64,000 bases of DNA from Gammaproteobacteria bacterium (GCA_965243205.1 CBDEUK010000002.1:1568001-1632000), one strand, 5' to 3'; counted from the first letter of the stretch, positions 10,195-20,355 are shown. Notes: a model not told the origin generated them from the sequence alone. A program made the numbers and translations.

Positions 10195-12092
10195 CAATTG
10201 ACACTAAGTGCGTCAATTCTTGCCAAGATGTTAGAGGCACTAAAACTTGAAGGTTTATTTTTAGAAAGATTTAAAGCTGCTCGATAATACTCTATGGCCG
10301 CTTTAGATTGCCCCATGTGATCCAAACTAATCGCCAAATTCAAAGCATAATCAGCATTACCTGGTTGGCGACTGTATGCATCGAAAAAAGCCTGTTGAGC
10401 TTCTGGCCATCGTTGTTGTTTAGAATAAAGGTTTCCAAGAGAAAAGTGTAAACTTGGATTCTCAGGGTTTTGTTGAATTAAATCTTTAACCGTTGATTCG
10501 CTAGTAACGTTACCAACTTGATTTTGTAAATTCAAAATCGAAACTTTCGCTACTGAGTCTTTAGGATTTAATTTTAATAATTTTCGATAAATTTGATATG
10601 CACTTTGAGTATTACCTTTTTTTAATTCAATGGCTGCCATGCCTAGTAATGCATCACGATTATCAGGTGTTTCTTTTAATGAAATCCTATATAACGAAGA
10701 AGCGACATCATAATTACCCTCTTGGAACGCATTAAAAGCACGTTTGTTGGTATCTAATTCAGGCCGTGGTTTTTTCTTCTTACTAATTTTAATCATTGAA
10801 GGCGAAACAGGAGCAGCAACAGGTGAGAAAACCACTTCTTCTTTTACGATTTCTTTTGTTATTGGTTTTCCATCAATAGACGGTGTTATAGATTCTGTTG
10901 GAGTATCTAAATTTGCAACGGATGTTGCTGCGGTTTCTATTGGCTCTTCAGAACTATCGCTTGAAGTCGTTATTTCCACTGTCTCAACAGGTTGTTCAAC
11001 TACTTCATTTGAAGTCACTGGTAACTCAGTAGTTGATTTATCTTCATCATGAGAAATATATTGAGTTTCAATTTCCTCGGTTTCAGGCACATTCACACTT
11101 GTCACGGCTGCCTGATTAGGCGTTACTAATTCATCTAGACTTTTAATTAAAGGTTCTTGTTTAGCTTCAACGCCCTTCGCAACAGACGGTGACAATACTT
11201 TTGGAACATCTGGGGTAATCTTGTATTGAATAAATAAACCGGCTGCTACCAATAGCAATAAACCTAAGGCAGCACTTAAACCGATCATGAAACGATTGCC
11301 CCAGTTTTCAGATTTTGATGCTGCAAAAACAGTACTTGCTACAACTGGTGTAGGTTGCCCTTCATGTTGGCCAATATCACGCAACATTTGTGTAACCGAT
11401 CCACTATCAAGTGCCTCTAACTCCAGTGAAGGATCGGTTAACTGGCCTAAATTCGTTCGATAGTTCTGTTGCTCTTGAGAATCACTAACTTGCTTTTCAA
11501 TCGTAGGTTCAGAAATCTCTTCTTCGTTTTCATTTTGGTTTTCTAACGTTTCTAATTTTAGTCCAAGAGTTTCATCATCGAGATTATCTTCAGCGATATC
11601 CATTCTTAATTCATCGGTGACATCTGAAAAATCATCACGACTAAACTCAGATGTTTCCATTGTTCTCTCGATGATTGTTTCATCGGTCATATCGGAAATT
11701 AGCTGAGTATCTTCAAGGTCTAGATCAATATCATCTAATTCTTTTTCGCCTAATGTTAAAATCGTATCGTCGTCAACATCTCCAAGGTTTTGGTCATCCA
11801 TAACGACTGTGTTTTCTTGTTCTATCTGAGTTGTTGAAAAAGTCGGTTCGTCATCAGCAAGAGTGAAGTCTTCATCTTTGTCTTGCAATTCCATTGAAAG
11901 AGAAACTTCCTGAGTAAGTTCTTCAGAACCATCTACTTCATTTGTCATTGTCGTACTCAAAACTTGAGTATCATCTTCGACTATAGAATGCTCACCAGTG
12001 GAAAGGATCGGATGCTGGCCAGTTTGCCGACGTTTTGCAGCTTCCTTCTTTTCCTTTTCCGCCTTTTTCAAGGCATCCATCAACAGACTCAC
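10194..12092 (-). CDS. MshN/GspB-like membrane-anchored TPR protein
   Basis: N-terminal MSLLMDALKKAE, long acidic region, one TM, C-terminal TPRs. Confidence 0.8.
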   Translation of the reverse strand: MSLLMDALKKAEKEKKEAAKRRQTGQHPILSTGEHSIVEDDTQVLSTTMTNEVDGSEELTQEVSLSMELQDKDEDFTLADDEPTFSTTQIEQENTVVMDDQNLGDVDDDTILTLGEKELDDIDLDLEDTQLISDMTDETIIERTMETSEFSRDDFSDVTDELRMDIAEDNLDDETLGLKLETLENQNENEEEISEPTIEKQVSDSQEQQNYRTNLGQLTDPSLELEALDSGSVTQMLRDIGQHEGQPTPVVASTVFAASKSENWGNRFMIGLSAALGLLLLVAAGLFIQYKITPDVPKVLSPSVAKGVEAKQEPLIKSLDELVTPNQAAVTSVNVPETEEIETQYISHDEDKSTTELPVTSNEVVEQPVETVEITTSSDSSEEPIETAATSVANLDTPTESITPSIDGKPITKEIVKEEVVFSPVAAPVSPSMIKISKKKKPRPELDTNKRAFNAFQEGNYDVASSLYRISLKETPDNRDALLGMAAIELKKGNTQSAYQIYRKLLKLNPKDSVAKVSILNLQNQVGNVTSESTVKDLIQQNPENPSLHFSLGNLYSKQQRWPEAQQAFFDAYSRQPGNADYALNLAISLDHMGQSKAAIEYYRAALNLSKNKPSSFSASNILARIDALSVN

Positions 12093-13819
12093 TATCTAGC
12101 CCCTACAGTTCCAGATAGTGCATTATTAGATTGAAGAAAAGGTTTGTATAAATCTAAATCCCCATCAACACTTGGGTCTTTAATAACGATAGGACGAAGG
12201 AATATCACTAATTCTGTTTTTTGGGTTTCAATTCTTTTGGAGCTAAACGCTCTACCTACACCAGGAATATCTTTTAAACCAGGAATACCTCGATCTAAGT
12301 CACTCGTCTCATCGCTCATCAAGCCACCCAGAACTGCTATTTCCCCATCATTCATTCTTAACATTGACTCCATCTCACGAACAGCAATGACCGGAACATT
12401 ATTTGGAATATTTGCCGGTAACTGAGGTTGGGGATCTCGCACATCTGCTATTCGCCTTGAAATCGTTGGACGAACATTCAAGATGATGTCATCGTTTTCA
12501 CTTATATATGGGGTCATACTCATTACAAGCCCTACAGGAACAGTCTTAGCAGTTGTGTCAATTGCAGGTTGACCAACACCAGCAAGAGTTGCTACACCTG
12601 GCTCAGCATCAATTTCAAAATAAACTAAATTTTCAACCACTTTAAGTACTGCGGTTTGATTATTTAGCACCATCATTTGCGGGCTAGATAAGACTTTAGT
12701 ATCACCAAACTCATCCAATAAATTAACCGTTGCAGTTAAAGCATCGCCTTCACCACCAATATCCGTATCTTGATATCTTAAAAATCCGCCAGTTTGTTCA
12801 TTGCTACCTGTTGGAGTGGTAGATACTAAACCAATAGCAGCAGAACCTATGGCAGAAGCTGCTGAGATACCTGTAGTCAAACCAGCTGTGCTGAATGAAA
12901 GGCCCGCTAAATTATTGATAAAAGACCAATCGATACCTGCCTGATAATTATCATTTAATGTAACTTCAACAATAGTCGCTTGAACCAATACTTGTCTATT
13001 CGCACTATTCATCACCTGGTCGATAAAACCTTGAACCAGCTTATGTTGTTTACTAGTAGCATTCACCGTTAAAACACCACTTTCAGGACTTGGAATCACA
13101 TTATTGGTAATGGTGATTTCACCCTCTTGACCACCTGAATTGTCTTCAACTTCTTCTCCGATGATTGCCTGAATATTTCGTACCAAATTTTCCCAAAAAT
13201 TGTTGAATGATTGGCTACGCACGTCAGTTGTAGAATTATTATTACCACCACCACCTGCACCACCTCCTGCAGAACCACCAGCAACATCACCAGTTCCTGT
13301 TGTTGCAATCTGAGTAGCAATCGTAATCTGGCTATCGGTTTCCCGTGCAATATTCACATAATCGATTTTATAAGATTTCAAATAAGCCTGATCCGCCGAT
13401 ACCAATAAATTGTTATTTTGATACTCATATCGAATATCAACTTGGCGTGATATGCGATCAAGGATTTGTGGCATAGTTTGCTCAACAGCATTAAGAGTCA
13501 CTGTGCCTTCTATTCCAGGTGCAATATCGACATTCACATCCGCATCTCGAGCTAGAGCGAATAAAAGTTCCCGAACAGGAACATCGTTAACTACGACAGT
13601 GTATTTTTCTAATTCAGGAGCGGTTTCTGAAGGTTCAGGCAAAATAGGTTCTTGCTGAACAACTTGAGGTATAGAAGCTGGATCAACAGGCATTTTTTTC
13701 GCTACCGACTGAGAATCCGTTGTGATATGGCCCGGAGAGTTGTCCATAGGCTTGGGTTCGATTTGGGCACAGGCAACGAGAAAACTAGATAAAACGCTGA
13801 ATATAATAATGTTTTTCAT
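12092..13819 (-). CDS. mshL: Secretin, MshL-type lipoprotein
   Basis: Lipobox LVAC, STN-like and secretin N domains, QVLVQATIVEV, LSSPQMMVLNNQTAV, TELVIFLRP. Confidence 0.88.
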   Translation of the reverse strand: MKNIIIFSVLSSFLVACAQIEPKPMDNSPGHITTDSQSVAKKMPVDPASIPQVVQQEPILPEPSETAPELEKYTVVVNDVPVRELLFALARDADVNVDIAPGIEGTVTLNAVEQTMPQILDRISRQVDIRYEYQNNNLLVSADQAYLKSYKIDYVNIARETDSQITIATQIATTGTGDVAGGSAGGGAGGGGNNNSTTDVRSQSFNNFWENLVRNIQAIIGEEVEDNSGGQEGEITITNNVIPSPESGVLTVNATSKQHKLVQGFIDQVMNSANRQVLVQATIVEVTLNDNYQAGIDWSFINNLAGLSFSTAGLTTGISAASAIGSAAIGLVSTTPTGSNEQTGGFLRYQDTDIGGEGDALTATVNLLDEFGDTKVLSSPQMMVLNNQTAVLKVVENLVYFEIDAEPGVATLAGVGQPAIDTTAKTVPVGLVMSMTPYISENDDIILNVRPTISRRIADVRDPQPQLPANIPNNVPVIAVREMESMLRMNDGEIAVLGGLMSDETSDLDRGIPGLKDIPGVGRAFSSKRIETQKTELVIFLRPIVIKDPSVDGDLDLYKPFLQSNNALSGTVGAR

Positions 13820-13872
13820 AATATTAGCTTCACTTCGTGACAACGATTGAGTCCTTATAGATTATCTTTCAC

Positions 13873-13901
13873 ATTATAATAGCACGATAAATTCATGTGA
13901 A
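13873..13901 (-). promoter_or_regulatory. Sigma70-type promoter of the secretin operon
   Basis: TTCACA (13896-13901), 17 bp spacer, TATAAT (13873-13878) on the minus strand, about 55 nt upstream of the ATG. Confidence 0.6.
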
Positions 13902-14099
13902 TTAAGGATTTTTTGCTTATTTTGCTTAACTTATGACCAGTCGACAAAATTCGATAATAGTAGCCTTATTCTCGAAAAAAATTCGCAGCAACAAGAATTC
14001 TATTCAGGATTTATTCCAAATAAAAAATTAATAAACCACAACGGCTGATATTGATTATAACTTCGCCTAAATGTTATTAAATTCTTATAAATTTGCAAA

Positions 14100-15008
14100 T
14101 TAAGAGACTATTTTATCGTATGGAAAAAACCATAAAATGATCAGTAAAAATAATAATAAAGTGCCAGCTATGAATAGCCATCGATATCGTCTCCATCCTG
14201 AGACAAATTCACTATCAGCAGCTGCAGCTCGAACATGTTTAGGCAAAACAGACATCGTATTATCAGCATATGCGGCCAACATAGCTTTATCAGATAAAAT
14301 ATTGATTCTACGCAATAGGCCTTTCGAATAGTGGCCAATTTCTTTTATCGCGCTTTTACTAAATACATCAGCACCTCGATAACCACATGCCCTTAAGCGA
14401 GAATTTATATATTCACGGATATCAGGTACTTCAAAAGGAGCCAAGTTAAAACTGTAGGTAATTCTTTCTTTCAACTGACGGATCTCAGGTTTTGAGATCA
14501 TCTCATCTAATTCTGGTTGACCAAATAAAACTATCTGTAGCAATTTGTGTTTATTGGTTTCTAAATTACTTAATAATCTAATTTCTTCTAACGTTTGAAT
14601 CGTCATGCTCTGAGCTTCTTCAACAAAAACCACAACCTGCTTATTTTCAGCATGTTTTTGTACTAGATAGTGTTGTAGTTCGTTCATAACCTTTAAACGG
14701 TTATCATCGGTTTCTACATCCAGTTGTAACTCAAACGCAACAGCATGAGGGATTTGTTCAGGACTGATACTAGGGTTTGCTAGATAAACAATTTCAACTG
14801 AATCATCTAAATCGTGCTCAAGCATGCGACTAAGCATGGTCTTACCTGTGCCTACCTCACCAACAACTTTGACAATACCTTCACCATTTACCACAGCATA
14901 AATCAATGCTTCTAAAATAGCGCCACGATTACCACCAGGAAAAAACAAGCTAGTATCTGGCGTTATCTTAAACGGAGGCTGATTCAATCCGAAATAATCA
15001 TAGTACAT
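14100..15008 (-). CDS. ExeA/MshM family AAA ATPase
   Basis: MYYDYFGLNQPPFKITPD, Walker A GEVGTGKT, VEEAQ, LFGQPEL, C-terminal TM. Confidence 0.9.
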   Translation of the reverse strand: MYYDYFGLNQPPFKITPDTSLFFPGGNRGAILEALIYAVVNGEGIVKVVGEVGTGKTMLSRMLEHDLDDSVEIVYLANPSISPEQIPHAVAFELQLDVETDDNRLKVMNELQHYLVQKHAENKQVVVFVEEAQSMTIQTLEEIRLLSNLETNKHKLLQIVLFGQPELDEMISKPEIRQLKERITYSFNLAPFEVPDIREYINSRLRACGYRGADVFSKSAIKEIGHYSKGLLRRINILSDKAMLAAYADNTMSVLPKHVRAAAADSEFVSGWRRYRWLFIAGTLLLFLLIILWFFPYDKIVS

Positions 15009-15010
15009 GT

Positions 15011-16420
15011 TTAAGGCTCTTCTATTGATAAACGTTGTAAACGACTATAAAGCGTCGTTCGATTCACACCTAATAACCTCGCAGCTTTACTTAAATTACC
15101 TTCTGCTTTTTTTAAAGCTAATTTTATATACCTTACTTCCCACTGATCTAATGTCCTGTCAAGATTAAAATGATCACCAAACAACTCTTGTTCTAACACT
15201 TGATCATTTATTAGGGTTATATCACCTATACTATCAGCATCAATACTGGTTTCTAATTCATCATTTAATTGTTGCAATGTCACTTCTTGTGATGGGTACT
15301 TCGCACCCAAACGAATCACTATATTACGTAATTCTCGTACATTTCCAGGAAAAAAATACTGTTTAAATCGTTCTTTTGCATATTTATCAAGCATGAAAGA
15401 TTGTTTACCAGAAGCATATAATCTACAAAAATGTTCTAGTAAAATAAAACAATCATCGCCGCGTTGTCTTAACGGCGGCACATGAATCGTTAATACGCTG
15501 AGTCTATGGAATAAATCCTTACGAAAGCGGCCTTGTCTAACTTCTTCCCTTAAATCACGATTGGTAGCAGCAATAATTCGCGCATTTGAAAATTGCGCTG
15601 TAGTTTCACCAATTGGATGATACTCTCCACTTTCCAAGACTCTCAGTAATTTTGATTGTAAGTCTAATGGCAACTCACCAACTTCATCTAAGAATAAACA
15701 ACCATCGTTTGCTTCGTGAAAGAAACCACTTTTATTTTCAGTAGCACCTGTAAACGAACCTTTTTTATGGCCAAACAATTGCGACTCAAGTAATTCTGAA
15801 GTAAAAGCGGCACAATTCACCGTCATATACTTACCATTACTTCTTGAGCTTAGTTTATATAATTGTTCAGCGACTAATTCTTTACCACTACCTGACTCAC
15901 CTTCTACTAAAACCGGAAACGGTTGTTCCGCAAATTGATCTATCAAACTTTTTAAGGTTTGAATAACTTGGCTTTCACCGAGAATAGGCTGGCTAACATC
16001 AGCTTCGGCAATATCTTCAGCACCTAAAATCATAACCTGATGATTTAATCGAGCTTGCAGTAACTCTAAATCACAAGGTTTTGGGATGAAATCAACAGCA
16101 CCTAATGTCAAAGCGTGTTGAATGTTTTGTTGTTCATTCTGTCCTGATAAAACCAAGGTTTTTATCTTACGATTAAAACCTAATAAATCTTTTATCAAAG
16201 AAAAACCTTCTTCTGGGCTGTGGGGTTTTGGCGGCAAACCCAAATCAACTAATGCTATATTAGGTTTGTGCTTAATTTTTTGCAGTTGAGTTTTTGCTTG
16301 GTCACGAGTCGATGCAGTAATCAATTCGTATTCGTCTTCAAGCAGCATAGCTAATGAATCCAAAATTAATGGATCATCATCAACTAATAACAAACTGTGT
16401 TTTTGAGATGGTTTTGACAT
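15011..16420 (-). CDS. Sigma54-type (NtrC family) response regulator, PrsR-like
   Basis: Receiver LLVDDD...DLGLPP...EEG, GESGSGKE, GSFTGA, C-terminal Fis-type HTH. An alternative in-frame ATG lies at 16459. Confidence 0.92.
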   Translation of the reverse strand: MSKPSQKHSLLLVDDDPLILDSLAMLLEDEYELITASTRDQAKTQLQKIKHKPNIALVDLGLPPKPHSPEEGFSLIKDLLGFNRKIKTLVLSGQNEQQNIQHALTLGAVDFIPKPCDLELLQARLNHQVMILGAEDIAEADVSQPILGESQVIQTLKSLIDQFAEQPFPVLVEGESGSGKELVAEQLYKLSSRSNGKYMTVNCAAFTSELLESQLFGHKKGSFTGATENKSGFFHEANDGCLFLDEVGELPLDLQSKLLRVLESGEYHPIGETTAQFSNARIIAATNRDLREEVRQGRFRKDLFHRLSVLTIHVPPLRQRGDDCFILLEHFCRLYASGKQSFMLDKYAKERFKQYFFPGNVRELRNIVIRLGAKYPSQEVTLQQLNDELETSIDADSIGDITLINDQVLEQELFGDHFNLDRTLDQWEVRYIKLALKKAEGNLSKAARLLGVNRTTLYSRLQRLSIEEP

Positions 16421-16538
16421 GATCAGTCTTAGTGAGTAATTAAGACAACCTCCAAGCATGCAATCATGTCAAAATACAACGAAGCAGATGTGTCCGCAAG
16501 CTTTTGATGGGAAAGTAAAAAGCTTATGTTTTAATAAA

Positions 16539-17396
16539 CTAGCTATTGCCTAAACCTAGATTCTCACAAATGGCTTCTGATGCGTCTGCTTGATTCATAC
16601 TGTAAATATGAATACCCGGAGCGCCTTGCTCTAATAAGTTTTCACAAAGTTTAGTAGTTACTTCGATACCGAACTCACGAATCGCATTTCGATCATCCCC
16701 GAAATCCCGTAATCGTTTTAAGATCCAGCGCGGTATATCAGCGCCACAACCTTCAGAAAAACGTACTAACTGAGTACATGTTATGATTGGCATAACACCA
16801 GGTACAATTGGGATATCAATACCCATTTTTTCGCAATCATCAACGAAACGATAATACGCTTCAGCATTGTAAAAATACTGTGTGATTGCAGAATTTGCTC
16901 CTGCATCCACTTTCTTTTTAAAGTTTTCTAAGTCTTCTTTAGCTGTACTTGCTTGTGGGTGAAACTCAGGATAACAAGCTACACTGATATGAAAATGATC
17001 ACCTGTTTCTTGTCGAATGAATTCGACTAATTCATTCGCATAACGTAATGATCCCATACCAACTAAACCTGAAGGCAAATCACCACGTAAAGCAACAACT
17101 TGATTAATTCCGCTATCGATATAAGTATCAAGCACAGCTTTAATATCTTCTGCATTCGAACCGATACACGATAAATGTGGTACCCCTGAGATACCCGTTT
17201 TCTCCCGAATATCAACAACTGTCTCTAATGTTCTTTCACGTGTGCTACCACCTGCACCAAAAGTCACTGAGAAAAAGCTTGGATTTAATTTAGCCAAGCG
17301 TTCTTGGGTCATTTGCAATTTGCCTACGGCTTCGGGATTGCGTGGGGGAAAAAATTCAAAACTGAGTTCTTGTGGATGTTTCTTTTGAGATTCCAT
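16539..17396 (-). CDS. metF: 5,10-methylenetetrahydrofolate reductase
   Basis: SFEFFPP, SVTFGAGGS, ALRGD, ACYPEFHP, ITQYF. Confidence 0.97.
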   Translation of the reverse strand: MESQKKHPQELSFEFFPPRNPEAVGKLQMTQERLAKLNPSFFSVTFGAGGSTRERTLETVVDIREKTGISGVPHLSCIGSNAEDIKAVLDTYIDSGINQVVALRGDLPSGLVGMGSLRYANELVEFIRQETGDHFHISVACYPEFHPQASTAKEDLENFKKKVDAGANSAITQYFYNAEAYYRFVDDCEKMGIDIPIVPGVMPIITCTQLVRFSEGCGADIPRWILKRLRDFGDDRNAIREFGIEVTTKLCENLLEQGAPGIHIYSMNQADASEAICENLGLGNS

Positions 17397-17487
17397 AGCA
17401 TTTAAACCTTTATCGTTAAACAATCACCAACCTTAAGTTCTGTCTATAAGAACTTAAGATCGGCAATTTTATAAAAAATATTAATAA

Positions 17488-18903
17488 TTAATAACGATAG
17501 TGATTTGGCTTATAAGGTCCTTCAACAGAAACGTTGATATAGTCTGCCTGTTCTTGTGAAAGAACCGTTAATTTCGCACCAATTCTATCCAAGTGTAACC
17601 GCGCTACTTTTTCATCAAGATGCTTAGGAAGCACATAAACATCGTTCTCGTATTTATCACCCTGACTCCATAATTCGATTTGCGCTAAAACTTGGTTAGT
17701 AAATGAGTTAGACATAACAAAACTAGGATGACCAGTTGCACAACCTAAGTTAACCAAACGACCTTCAGCCAACATGATAATGCGTTTACCATCAGGGAAT
17801 ACGATGTGATCAACTTGTGGTTTAATATTTTCCCATTTCACGTCTTTAAGACCAGCAATGTCAATTTCATTATCAAAATGACCAATATTACAAACAATCG
17901 CTTCGTTCTTCATGGCAGCCATATGCTCAGGCGTAATGATGTTAAAGTTACCAGTAGTCGTCACGAAGATATCTGCTTCACTTACAACATCATCCATTCT
18001 GACTACTCTATAACCTTCCATCGCTGCTTGTAATGCGCAGATAGGATCGATTTCAGTTACCCAAACCGTCGCGCCTAAACCGCGTAATGATTGTGCCGAA
18101 CCTTTACCTACATCACCATAACCTGCAACAACAGCTACCTTACCTGCGATCATTACGTCCGTTGCACGCTTGATACCATCGACCAATGACTCACGACAAC
18201 CATAAAGGTTATCGAATTTAGATTTAGTCACTGAATCATTAACGTTAATTGCTGGAAAAGTTAAATCTCCACTTTTAACCATTTGATATAAACGGTTTAC
18301 GCCAGTTGTGGTTTCTTCAGTCACACCTTGAATATTCTTCAATGTTGTTGAATAAAAATCAGGGGTTTCTTTTAAGGTTTCTTTTATCTTGGCAAATAAA
18401 ACTGTTTCTTCTTCTGAACCAGGATTATCTAATACCGAAAGATCTTTCTCCGCTTTGCTTCCTAAAATAAGTAATGTTGTAGCGTCACCACCATCATCCA
18501 AAATCATATTTGGTGTAGAACCATCATGCCATTTCATAATTCGATGAGTGAAATCCCAATACTCTTCCAAGCTCTCGCCTTTATAAGCAAAAACTGGAAT
18601 ACCTTGATCGGCGATTGCTGCTGCAGCGTGATCCTGCGTGGAGAAAATATTACATGAAACCCAACGAACCTCTGCGCCTAAAGCAACTAAGGTCTCGATA
18701 AGAACTGCGGTTTGAATGGTCATATGTAATGACCCAGCGATTTTCGCACCTTTTAATGGTTGTGAATCTTTGTATTCTTCGCGAATTGATACCAAACCTG
18801 GCATTTCGGTTTCAGCGATACGGATTTCTTTGTGGCCCCATGAAGCCAATGACATGTCAGCGACATGATAGTCAGAACTGAGAGTAGAAGCTGCTACGCT
18901 CAT
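17488..18903 (-). CDS. ahcY: S-adenosyl-L-homocysteine hydrolase
   Basis: [53 protein letters not shown] precedes ATG 18903. Confidence 0.98.
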   Translation of the reverse strand: MSVAASTLSSDYHVADMSLASWGHKEIRIAETEMPGLVSIREEYKDSQPLKGAKIAGSLHMTIQTAVLIETLVALGAEVRWVSCNIFSTQDHAAAAIADQGIPVFAYKGESLEEYWDFTHRIMKWHDGSTPNMILDDGGDATTLLILGSKAEKDLSVLDNPGSEEETVLFAKIKETLKETPDFYSTTLKNIQGVTEETTTGVNRLYQMVKSGDLTFPAINVNDSVTKSKFDNLYGCRESLVDGIKRATDVMIAGKVAVVAGYGDVGKGSAQSLRGLGATVWVTEIDPICALQAAMEGYRVVRMDDVVSEADIFVTTTGNFNIITPEHMAAMKNEAIVCNIGHFDNEIDIAGLKDVKWENIKPQVDHIVFPDGKRIIMLAEGRLVNLGCATGHPSFVMSNSFTNQVLAQIELWSQGDKYENDVYVLPKHLDEKVARLHLDRIGAKLTVLSQEQADYINVSVEGPYKPNHYRY

Positions 18904-18927
18904 GTTGTTCACCTCCAAACAATATAA

Positions 18928-19027
18928 GCGAGCGCCGTTGTGAATCTTGCCCCTTTACTGAGCCTGGCGGGTAATCCAAAATAATTTTGGCAGAATATTT
19001 TCTGGCCCGTCGCAGCGCTCCTCAGTA
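18928..19027 (-). ncRNA. SAH riboswitch
   Basis: Minus strand reads CUGAGGAGCGCUGCGAC-GGG...CCC-GCCAGGCUCAG...AACGGCGCUCGC, matching the SAH riboswitch core and pseudoknot, directly upstream of ahcY. Confidence 0.92.
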
Positions 19028-19143
19028 CTGAGGTTTATCAAGAGAGCGCGAGTATAGTACGGAAATTCGCGATATTCAAAGGCTTGTTATCGGAAAAAAA
19101 TATAATTGTCTTTAACAAAAAATTACAGAACGTTAAGTCAAAA

Positions 19144-19173
19144 TAATAAACGCGACCGAAGTCGCGTTTATTA
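19144..19173 (-). terminator. Intrinsic terminator after metK
   Basis: TAATAAACGCGAC-CGAA-GTCGCGTTTATTA, perfect 13-bp stem. Confidence 0.85.
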
Positions 19174-19194
19174 ATTATCAAAATGAATTAATAC

Positions 19195-20355
19195 TTAAAG
19201 CGCTGACTTTAATGCGTCTGCTTTATCTGTACGTTCCCAAGGTAAATCCACATCGGTACGGCCAAAGTGCCCGTAAGCTGCCGTAGCTTTATATATAGGA
19301 CGTAATAAATCTAGCATTTGGATTATACCTTTAGGACGTAAATCAAAATGTTCGCGCACTAATTCGGTTAACTTTGCTTCATCTACTTTACCTGTACCAA
19401 AAGTTTCAACCGTAATTGATGTAGGTTCAGCAACACCGATCGCATAAGAAACTTGTAACTCACAACGTTCTGCTAAACCAGCCGCTACAATATTCTTCGC
19501 AACATAACGTGCTGCATAAGCCGCTGAGCGATCTACTTTTGAAGGATCTTTTCCAGAGAAAGCACCGCCACCATGACGTGCCATACCACCGTAAGTATCA
19601 ACAATGATCTTACGGCCGGTTAAACCACAATCACCCACAGGGCCGCCAATCACAAAACGACCTGTAGGATTAACAAGATAACGCGTTTTATCTGTAATCA
19701 TATTGGCAGGAAGCACAGGCTTAATAACTTCCTCAATAACAGCTTCCACTAAATCTTCATGTTTTATATCTTCATCGTGTTGCGTAGATAAAACCACAGT
19801 ATCAATCGCTACGGGTTTATTATCTTCATAAACAAACGTTAATTGTGATTTTGCATCTGGTCGTAACCAAGCAAGCTGCCCATTTTTACGTACTTCAGAT
19901 TGTTTCTTCACAAGTTTGTGTGCATATGAAATTGGAGCTGGCATTAATTCATCCGTTTCATTACATGCAAAACCAAACATCAAACCTTGGTCGCCAGCAC
20001 CTTGGTTTAAATCAATACCTTCACCTTCATTAACACCTTGAGCAATATCCGCAGACTGCTCATCCATTGAAACGATAATGGCACAAGTGTCTGCATCGAA
20101 ACCCATTTCAGACGAGGTGTATCCGATTTCACGGATGGTATCCCGAGCGGTATTAGTAAAATCAATTTGTGCTGAAGTGGTGATTTCACCCGAAAGCACG
20201 ACCATTCCAGTATTTACTAAAGTTTCACAGGCTACGCGTGCAGCTGGATCTTGAGCAAAAATAGCATCAATGATGGAATCTGAAACTTGATCGGCGACTT
20301 TGTCTGGGTGACCTTCTGATACCGATTCAGAAGTGAATAAAAAATTGCTGGCCAT
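19195..20355 (-). CDS. metK: S-adenosylmethionine synthetase
   Basis: [35 protein letters not shown]. Confidence 0.98.
   Translation of the reverse strand: MASNFLFTSESVSEGHPDKVADQVSDSIIDAIFAQDPAARVACETLVNTGMVVLSGEITTSAQIDFTNTARDTIREIGYTSSEMGFDADTCAIIVSMDEQSADIAQGVNEGEGIDLNQGAGDQGLMFGFACNETDELMPAPISYAHKLVKKQSEVRKNGQLAWLRPDAKSQLTFVYEDNKPVAIDTVVLSTQHDEDIKHEDLVEAVIEEVIKPVLPANMITDKTRYLVNPTGRFVIGGPVGDCGLTGRKIIVDTYGGMARHGGGAFSGKDPSKVDRSAAYAARYVAKNIVAAGLAERCELQVSYAIGVAEPTSITVETFGTGKVDEAKLTELVREHFDLRPKGIIQMLDLLRPIYKATAAYGHFGRTDVDLPWERTDKADALKSAL

Noticed and set aside
13230-13290. Gly/Asn codon repeats in the secretin gene
   Set aside because: This is an ordinary low-complexity linker typical of MshL-type secretins, not a DNA repeat element.
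13921-13940. Possible sigma54 promoter TGGTCATAAGTTAAGC upstream of the secretin
   Set aside because: GG-GC spacing is 11 nt, not the required 10, and it lacks the TGGCAC/TTGC context.
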